A stretch of DNA of 64,000 bases from Bacteroidia bacterium (GTDB lineage: Bacteria; Bacteroidota; Bacteroidia; Palsa-965). The stretch spans positions 46,570 through 110,569 of the forward strand of contig JALONL010000019.1 of NCBI GenBank assembly GCA_025454955.1, read 5' to 3'. Shown in pieces: positions 58,015 to 64,000 of this stretch (within the stretch, counting starts at the first letter, position 1; the number at the start of each line of letters is the position of its first letter). The position numbers were made by a program, and so were the translations under genes. Under the pieces are notes generated by a model. That model saw nothing but the letters and a program-made list of their open reading frames with translations, was not told the DNA's origin and searched no databases.

Positions 58015-59909
58015 TTATTATCCTTCACCTCTTCAAAATCCACATCCGTCACTTCCGCATCGCTCCCCTTGGCATTATTCGCCTCAGGATTGGCATTCGG
58101 ATCGCCGCCCTGCTGCTGCATGGCTTCGTACATGGCCTGTGCCACCTGCTGGAGGTTGGCCATAGCCGTATCAATGGCGGGGAAATCTTTATTGGTGTGT
58201 GCGGTGCGCAGTGCCACGAGTGCATCCTCAATGGGTTGTTTTTTATCGGCGGGAATTTTATCGCCAAACTCTTTGAGTTGCTTTTCTACCTGGAAGATGA
58301 GTGAATCGGCCTGGTTGAGTTTTTCCACTTCCTCGCGGGCTTTTTTATCGGCCTCGGCATTCATCTCGGCTTCTTTCTTCATGCGCTCGATTTCGTCTTT
58401 CGAGAGGCCTGAACTTGCTTCGATGCGGATGTTTTGCTGCTTGCCGGTGTTTTTGTCTTTGGCCGATACGTTGAGGATACCGTTTGCATCAATATCAAAC
58501 GCCACTTCAATTTGCGGCACACCACGCGGGGCGGAGGGAATTCCGTCGAGCACAAAGCGGCCGATGGTGCGGTTTTGTGCAGCCATGGGGCGCTCGCCCT
58601 GGAGGATATGAATTTCTACCGAGGGCTGGTTGTCAGACGCGGTAGAAAATGTTTCCGACTTTTTGGTAGGAATGGTGGTGTTGGCCTCAATGAGTTTGGT
58701 CATTACACCGCCGTAGGTTTCGATACCGAGCGAGAGCGGAGTTACGTCGAGCAGGAGCACGTCTTTTACTTCGCCGGTGAGTACGCCGCCCTGAATGGCC
58801 GCGCCCACAGCCACCACTTCATCGGGGTTTACGCCTTTTGAGGGCGATTTGCCGAAGAATTTGGTCACAGCTTCCTGAATGGCGGGAATGCGTGTGGAAC
58901 CACCCACGAGAATTACTTCGTTGATGTCGTTTACGCTGAGACCGGCATTGCTGAGGGCCGATTTGCAGGGCTCAATGGTGCGGCGGATGAGATCGTCAAC
59001 CAATTGCTCAAACTTGGCGCGGGTAAGGCTGCGCACAAGGTGTTTGGGAATTCCGTCAACCGGCATAATGTAGGGCAGGTTGATTTCGGTGGCGTTTGAG
59101 CTGGAGAGTTCGATCTTGGCTTTCTCGGCAGCTTCTTTGAGGCGCTGCAGGGCCATAGGATCTTTGGTAAGGTCGAGACCGCCGTTTTCCGACTTGAATT
59201 CGGCCACTAACCAGTCGATGATTTTCTGGTCGAAATCGTCGCCGCCGAGGTGTGTGTCGCCGTCGGTAGCTTTTACTTCAAATACACCGTCGCCGAGTTC
59301 GAGTACGGAAACGTCGTGTGTACCGCCGCCGCAGTCGAACACCACAATTTTCATATCGGTGTTCTTTTTGTCGAGGCCGTAGGCGAGTGCAGCGGCAGTG
59401 GGCTCGTTAATGATGCGGCGCACTTTGAGGCCTGCAATTTCGCCGGCTTCCTTGGTGGCCTGACGCTGTGCGTCGTTGAAGTAGGCCGGAACGGTGATAA
59501 CGGCTTCGGTTACTTCGGTGCCGAGGTAATCTTCGGCGGTTTTCTTCATTTTCTGAAGAATCATGGCCGAAATTTCCTGCGGGGTGTATTTGCGGTCGTC
59601 AATTTCTACGCGGGGTGTATTGTTTTCGCCTTTCACCACCGAGTAGGGAACGCGACCGGTTTCTGTGGCAACCTCGCTGAAAAGGTGGCCCATAAAGCGC
59701 TTGATGGAATAAATGGTTTTGCGCGGGTTGGTAATGGCCTGACGTTTGGCAGGGTCGCCCACTTTGCGCTCACCGTTATCAATAAAAGCTACGATTGACG
59801 GGGTGGTACGGCGGCCTTCGTTGTTGGCTATTACAACGGGTTCATTGCCTTCCATTACAGCCACACACGAGTTGGTGGTGCCCAGGTCAATACCAATAAT
59901 TTTGCCCAT
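58011..59909 (-). CDS. dnaK: molecular chaperone DnaK
   Basis: [29 protein letters not shown] and VGGSTRIP. Confidence 0.99.
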   Translation of the reverse strand: MGKIIGIDLGTTNSCVAVMEGNEPVVIANNEGRRTTPSIVAFIDNGERKVGDPAKRQAITNPRKTIYSIKRFMGHLFSEVATETGRVPYSVVKGENNTPRVEIDDRKYTPQEISAMILQKMKKTAEDYLGTEVTEAVITVPAYFNDAQRQATKEAGEIAGLKVRRIINEPTAAALAYGLDKKNTDMKIVVFDCGGGTHDVSVLELGDGVFEVKATDGDTHLGGDDFDQKIIDWLVAEFKSENGGLDLTKDPMALQRLKEAAEKAKIELSSSNATEINLPYIMPVDGIPKHLVRSLTRAKFEQLVDDLIRRTIEPCKSALSNAGLSVNDINEVILVGGSTRIPAIQEAVTKFFGKSPSKGVNPDEVVAVGAAIQGGVLTGEVKDVLLLDVTPLSLGIETYGGVMTKLIEANTTIPTKKSETFSTASDNQPSVEIHILQGERPMAAQNRTIGRFVLDGIPSAPRGVPQIEVAFDIDANGILNVSAKDKNTGKQQNIRIEASSGLSKDEIERMKKEAEMNAEADKKAREEVEKLNQADSLIFQVEKQLKEFGDKIPADKKQPIEDALVALRTAHTNKDFPAIDTAMANLQQVAQAMYEAMQQQGGDPNANPEANNAKGSDAEVTDVDFEEVKDNK

Positions 59910-59962
59910 GACTTAATAAGTTAATGTTTAGTGCTTTGTAGATTGTATGTGTGTGCCAAAGG

Positions 59963-59977
59963 TCAATTCCTGTGCCA
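59963..59977 (-). promoter_or_regulatory. sigma54-like -24/-12 promoter of dnaK
   Basis: Minus strand TGGCACAGGAATTGA versus consensus TGGCAC-N5-TTGC. Confidence 0.5.
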
Positions 59978-60053
59978 TGCCCCTTTAACACCCGTTTTTT
60001 GCCAAAATGCCGTTCTGCCTGCAAATTATTCTGCCAAAATGACGTAAAGGCAT

Positions 60054-60089
60054 AAAAAAACCGTCCGGAAAATCATCGTCCGGACGGTT
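60054..60089 (-). terminator. intrinsic terminator
   Basis: AACCGTCCGGA / TCCGGACGGTT inverted repeat with a minus-strand T-tract. Confidence 0.75.
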
Positions 60090-60112
60090 ATGGCAGTGTG
60101 CCTGAAAGCCGT

Positions 60113-61168
60113 TTACTGACAGCCCAGCACGGCCTGATTGCGGTCTCTGAATTTGAGTCCGCACGAAATATAGCCGCGGGAAAGGGTGTCTTCGGTAAGC
60201 TGGGTAATCTGGATATTGCGCTTTACAATTTTGCTGCGCGAACCGAATACGCCAATGGCGGTAGGTGTTTCGGGATCGGTGGTTAAAATATTGCTGTACG
60301 TGGGGCGCTCCTGCACCAGCGAGGAGGAAGGGCTGTTTACACGCATGTAGGTGTACAGGTCTTCGCCGGCCGCGTAAACGGTGTAGGAAATGGAATCGCC
60401 GTCGCGCCATACCACGTTGGGATCATCGGGAATGCTTTGTACCAGGAAGCGGTAAAATGCATCGGGATCGTAGGTCATGGAAAGAGCGTTTACTGCACCG
60501 GCATTCTGCTCGAGTGAGCCGAACACCCATTCGGGAGTGCTTTTGAGGGTGGTGTTGCCGTTCACGTCGTGCTCGCGGTAGTAGAAACGCAGGGCGGTTT
60601 GGTAGAAGCTGGCGGTAGCCGAAGGATTCCAACTGATAGACACGCGGCTGTTGGAATTTACCTTTACAATCTGCACCGAATTGGCGTTGGCGGTTACCGG
60701 TGCAAAGTTGAATGTTTTTACGAGTACGGTGGTGCTGTAAGCTTCTTTGTTGGGATCAGAGGCAAACCGCACACGGAGTTTGTAGGTGCGGTTGGGGTTG
60801 AGCATACCGGTGGTGGTATTGAGCGAGTAAATGATGTATGCACCCGAGTAAAACAGGCCGGGGTCGCGGGCGGGAATGGTGTCGGTTTGAAGCTGCCAGG
60901 AGTTGGTGAGGACGTTGTTGTTCCATTCCTCAATTATCACATTTAGCTGTGTGGCGTAAAAAATGGAATCCATTTCCTGGGCCATGGTCAATGCGTTATC
61001 GGGCCCGAGGAAGGCTTTCTGGATACGCACATATTGCTTGGGCTGTGTTTGATCGAGCAGGCAGTAAATTACAGGAACCTCCTTGTAATCGGCCAATAAA
61101 TCCACTTCGGTGCTACACGTCCAGAACAGGGCCGGAACGGTTATAAAGAAAAGAAGAAGCTTTTTCAT
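60113..61168 (-). CDS. lipoprotein (DUF4249-like)
   Basis: Lipoprotein-type signal ending WTC; VIYCLLD..QYVRIQKAF; YSNI...AIGVFGSR. Confidence 0.7.
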   Translation of the reverse strand: MKKLLLFFITVPALFWTCSTEVDLLADYKEVPVIYCLLDQTQPKQYVRIQKAFLGPDNALTMAQEMDSIFYATQLNVIIEEWNNNVLTNSWQLQTDTIPARDPGLFYSGAYIIYSLNTTTGMLNPNRTYKLRVRFASDPNKEAYSTTVLVKTFNFAPVTANANSVQIVKVNSNSRVSISWNPSATASFYQTALRFYYREHDVNGNTTLKSTPEWVFGSLEQNAGAVNALSMTYDPDAFYRFLVQSIPDDPNVVWRDGDSISYTVYAAGEDLYTYMRVNSPSSSLVQERPTYSNILTTDPETPTAIGVFGSRSKIVKRNIQITQLTEDTLSRGYISCGLKFRDRNQAVLGCQ

Positions 61169-61297
61169 ACGTAAGCAAAGACCACAGTTTGGGATGTGAC
61201 GCACAAACTTACAGTTTTTTCATCAGCGAAAAACTTAATATATGGTAAATGGGGTTGCCACTTTACAGGTGGCAGGGTATGGCCTTTAACCGGAAAA

Positions 61298-62140
61298 TTA
61301 CAGGCTGGTAAGGGCAACCACGGGCCCTTCGGGTGCAGGCACGCCGCCCTGTTTTTCGATGGTAATGGCAAAGGCTTCGGCCTGGGGGATAATTTTTAAT
61401 AACTGAAGCTGGTTGCTGTTGGAGGCGTTAAACACACCGGCATCAACCGGTTTGCCGTTTACGAAGGCCCAAAGCTGGTATTGTTTGTCGTTGGGGGTAT
61501 TGGCCAGTGTACCGGGATCGACACACACGGTTTTGGAGCGGCTGCACCAGAATACCACGGCCTGCTGGTCGGTGTCTTTGGCGCGCAGCGAAATTACGGC
61601 GGGGTGGTAAAGGGTGGAAAGTTCGGTAATGGTGGCCTGGTGCTGTTGTTTGTAGGCGGTATAAGCACTGCGCAGCGAGTCGATGCTTTGCTGTTTTTGC
61701 AGGGTTTGCTGTGCAATGGAGGCGCTTTCGTTTTCGAGGCTGGCAATGCGCTCGCCGGCGGCCTGCAGGCGGTTGTGGTTTATGATGTTCATGGCCACGC
61801 TTCCGGCCAGAAGCACACCGGCCAGGGCGGCCACGGCTTTCCATATACGCGGGCGGGCGGGGGCAGCCTGCAGGGGAATTACCCTGCCTTTTTCTTCGGG
61901 CGGTGCAGTGGCAGTGTGGCCGAGTACGTGGTTTATTATTTTGTCGCGGAGTTCGGGGCGGGGGGCCATGCCGTGCATACCGGCATAGGCTTCGGTTTCG
62001 AGCCGGAGGCGCTCCAATTCGGCCTTCACTTCCTCAAACTGCGCGGCCATGCGCTCTACTTCGCGGCTTTCTTCCGCGGTAGCGCCACCTAGCACATATA
62101 TGTGCAGCAGTCCTGATTCTATGAGTTCCTGAGCATTCAC
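61298..62140 (-). CDS. anti-sigma factor (RskA-like)
   Basis: IESGLLHIYVLG, a single TM helix, coiled coil, KQYQLWA..PVDAG and AFAITIE..GG. Confidence 0.9.
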   Translation of the reverse strand: MNAQELIESGLLHIYVLGGATAEESREVERMAAQFEEVKAELERLRLETEAYAGMHGMAPRPELRDKIINHVLGHTATAPPEEKGRVIPLQAAPARPRIWKAVAALAGVLLAGSVAMNIINHNRLQAAGERIASLENESASIAQQTLQKQQSIDSLRSAYTAYKQQHQATITELSTLYHPAVISLRAKDTDQQAVVFWCSRSKTVCVDPGTLANTPNDKQYQLWAFVNGKPVDAGVFNASNSNQLQLLKIIPQAEAFAITIEKQGGVPAPEGPVVALTSL

Positions 62141-62144
62141 TTTA

Positions 62145-62699
62145 TTATCCTCCTTGCAATAATTGCCTCAACCGGGTCATGGCCGCTTTTACACGGGTTT
62201 TTACAGTGCCCAACGGTATCGAAAGTTCTTCGGCTACTTCCGACTGTGTGTAACCGCCAAAGTAAAGCAGATCGATTAACTGACGCTGCTCGGGTTTCAG
62301 CTGGTCAAGCACTTTTGAAAGTCCGATATGATCGACACCGGTTACACTGTTGTGCTTCCGGTCAACGCTATATACGTTATCTTCGATAGACTGGATTTGC
62401 CCGCTGTCGCGGAATGATTTTGAGCGGGTGGCATCAATGGCCGTGTTGCGGGCAATGTTGAGCAGCCAGGTGTAAAGCCGGCCCTTGCCCGCATCGTAGC
62501 TGTCTATATTCTTCCAGATTTTCACAAACACATCCTGCAAAAGATCTTCGGCCATTTCCTGATCGGGAATGATCCGGAAAATTACCCCGAAAAGCGCTTG
62601 TGAATAATAATCGTAAAGTAAACGCAAACCGGTTTCGTCCCGCTTTTTCAGCAGATCAACCAGCACTGGCTCGGCAGGAAGTACGGCGCGTGTTCCCAA
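62145..62699 (-). CDS. ECF sigma-70 factor
   Basis: AEDLLQDVFVKIW, LYTWLLNIARN and IPLGTVKTR. Confidence 0.93.
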   Translation of the reverse strand: MGTRAVLPAEPVLVDLLKKRDETGLRLLYDYYSQALFGVIFRIIPDQEMAEDLLQDVFVKIWKNIDSYDAGKGRLYTWLLNIARNTAIDATRSKSFRDSGQIQSIEDNVYSVDRKHNSVTGVDHIGLSKVLDQLKPEQRQLIDLLYFGGYTQSEVAEELSIPLGTVKTRVKAAMTRLRQLLQGG

Positions 62700-62869
62700 T
62701 TTTAATTTTGAGTGATGCGAAAGTACGAGGTATTGTTACACCATGCAAATGTGCGGGTGATGTACGAAAAAAACAGGCGGTTGTATTTTGGGAGGTAAGC
62801 GTAATTACTTTCTCCGGCAAGAAATATTTTCAGCAAATAATGTGTGCCATCAAAAAACGTCAGATCACA

Positions 62870-64000
62870 TCAAAAATGCATAATCATCCGCAAACTGATT
62901 TGCCTTGCCGTAAGGTAATTGGGCACTGCATAACTGCGGCCGGTTACATCTTTTACCCAGAAATACGAAACCGTATTATTTACCTGAAGCAGGTTATACA
63001 CTTCCAATCCTGCCCAAAGCGATTTGATGTACCTGAACGGATTGCTTGCTTTTAATGGTTTGTCTTCTTTAATAATCTGATAAGAGAAACCAATATCCAC
63101 GCGGCGGTAAGGAGGATAGCGGAACACGGCTTTGTAACGTTCGCGGGTGGGCGGGCCAAAGGGTAAGCCGGTGCCCAGAATGAGGCCGATGTTCATTTTA
63201 CAGTCGGGCAGTTTGGGCAGGTAATCCTGGAAGTAGAGCGAGAAGGTGAGGGTTTGATCGGTGGGGCGGGGAATGAAACCGGGGTTTATGGTAATTGTAT
63301 CGGTAGGTGTATTGTTTGCGGTAAAGCCGGGTACAATGGTGTCGCCATCGCTGTTGAGCAGGATGTAGTAAAAATCGTTGTAAAGATTTTCGCGTGTGCG
63401 CAGCAGCGAGAGGTTGGCCCACGATTCCACACCGCGCACAAATTCGCCGTTCAGTTTAAGGTCAATTCCGTAGGCGTATCCGTAGGCCAGATTGTCGCCG
63501 TAGTAGCGCAGGCGCACATCCACCATGTCGTACGGCACCAGATTGTCCAGGTATTTGTAATACGCTTCGGCAATGAAACGGAACGGTCTTCCCCAGCCTT
63601 TAAAGGCCAGATCGCTGCCCACCACGGCATGTACCGATTGTTGTGCCTTGAGGTTGCGGTTGAGTGCGCCGTTGTAGTTGCGCATTTCGCGGTAAAACGG
63701 AGGCTGGTTGTAAATGCCGCCGGCTGCTTTAAATACCACATCGGTTTTCCAGTGGGGTGTCCAGGTAAGCTGGGCACGCGGACTCACCACAAGCTGGCCG
63801 TTTTGTGTCCAGTAATTGGCGCGCAAGCCCACGGTAAGCGAAATCAGCGACGAATCGGCGAGGGTATCGGCAAAGCGGTACTGGCCGTAGGTCTGAAAGC
63901 GCCACGAAATCATTTCGGCACCGCCTTTAATTACGTCCTGCAAATCGAGGCTGGTGGTGGGCTGGTAGGGCAGTGAATAGTCTGACGAATCGACATACAC
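62870..64000 (-). CDS. TonB-dependent receptor-like outer-membrane protein, C-terminal part
   Basis: SPRAQL, AEAYYK, YRRVDIG, EVYNLL and terminal Phe; open at the window's right edge. Confidence 0.8.
   Translation of the reverse strand: MYVDSSDYSLPYQPTTSLDLQDVIKGGAEMISWRFQTYGQYRFADTLADSSLISLTVGLRANYWTQNGQLVVSPRAQLTWTPHWKTDVVFKAAGGIYNQPPFYREMRNYNGALNRNLKAQQSVHAVVGSDLAFKGWGRPFRFIAEAYYKYLDNLVPYDMVDVRLRYYGDNLAYGYAYGIDLKLNGEFVRGVESWANLSLLRTRENLYNDFYYILLNSDGDTIVPGFTANNTPTDTITINPGFIPRPTDQTLTFSLYFQDYLPKLPDCKMNIGLILGTGLPFGPPTRERYKAVFRYPPYRRVDIGFSYQIIKEDKPLKASNPFRYIKSLWAGLEVYNLLQVNNTVSYFWVKDVTGRSYAVPNYLTARQISLRMIMHF

Overview
Bacteroidota chromosome segment, judged from TAnnTTTG -7 promoter boxes, A-rich start contexts without Shine-Dalgarno sequences, T9SS cargo proteins and a PorP/SprF gene. 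The first ~7.3 kb is a visibly AT-rich surface-polysaccharide block: glycosyltransferase, methyltransferase, GNAT, deacetylase, flippase and a T9SS type-B cargo. The rest is mostly housekeeping: M1 and M13 peptidases, speA, arginase, argS, tsaD, tamB, yidC, lolA, ftsK, ndk, nrnA followed by six FKBP genes, siaBC, AraC regulators, dnaK, an ECF sigma/anti-sigma pair and a partial TonB-dependent receptor. The most interesting parts are not in the ORF track. (1) An AT-rich insert between ftsK and ndk has a promoter-driven, ~510-nt hairpin-rich transcript. It carries a 21-codon ORF for a cationic beta-type peptide (MRVVRITTTIRVVRIRVRKIR) and faces a convergent antisense promoter. The insert also holds a 40-aa basic microprotein, a decayed MITE and a Fic gene flanked by a decayed copy of the ndk 3' end. 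(2) A frameshifted MazF/PemK-like gene is coupled to a transmembrane protein with an antitoxin-like tail. (3) A composite 113-bp/13-bp repeat array follows argS. (4) There is an intact MITE and a stand-alone sRNA candidate. All product calls come from motif recognition by eye; no searches or folding programs were run.
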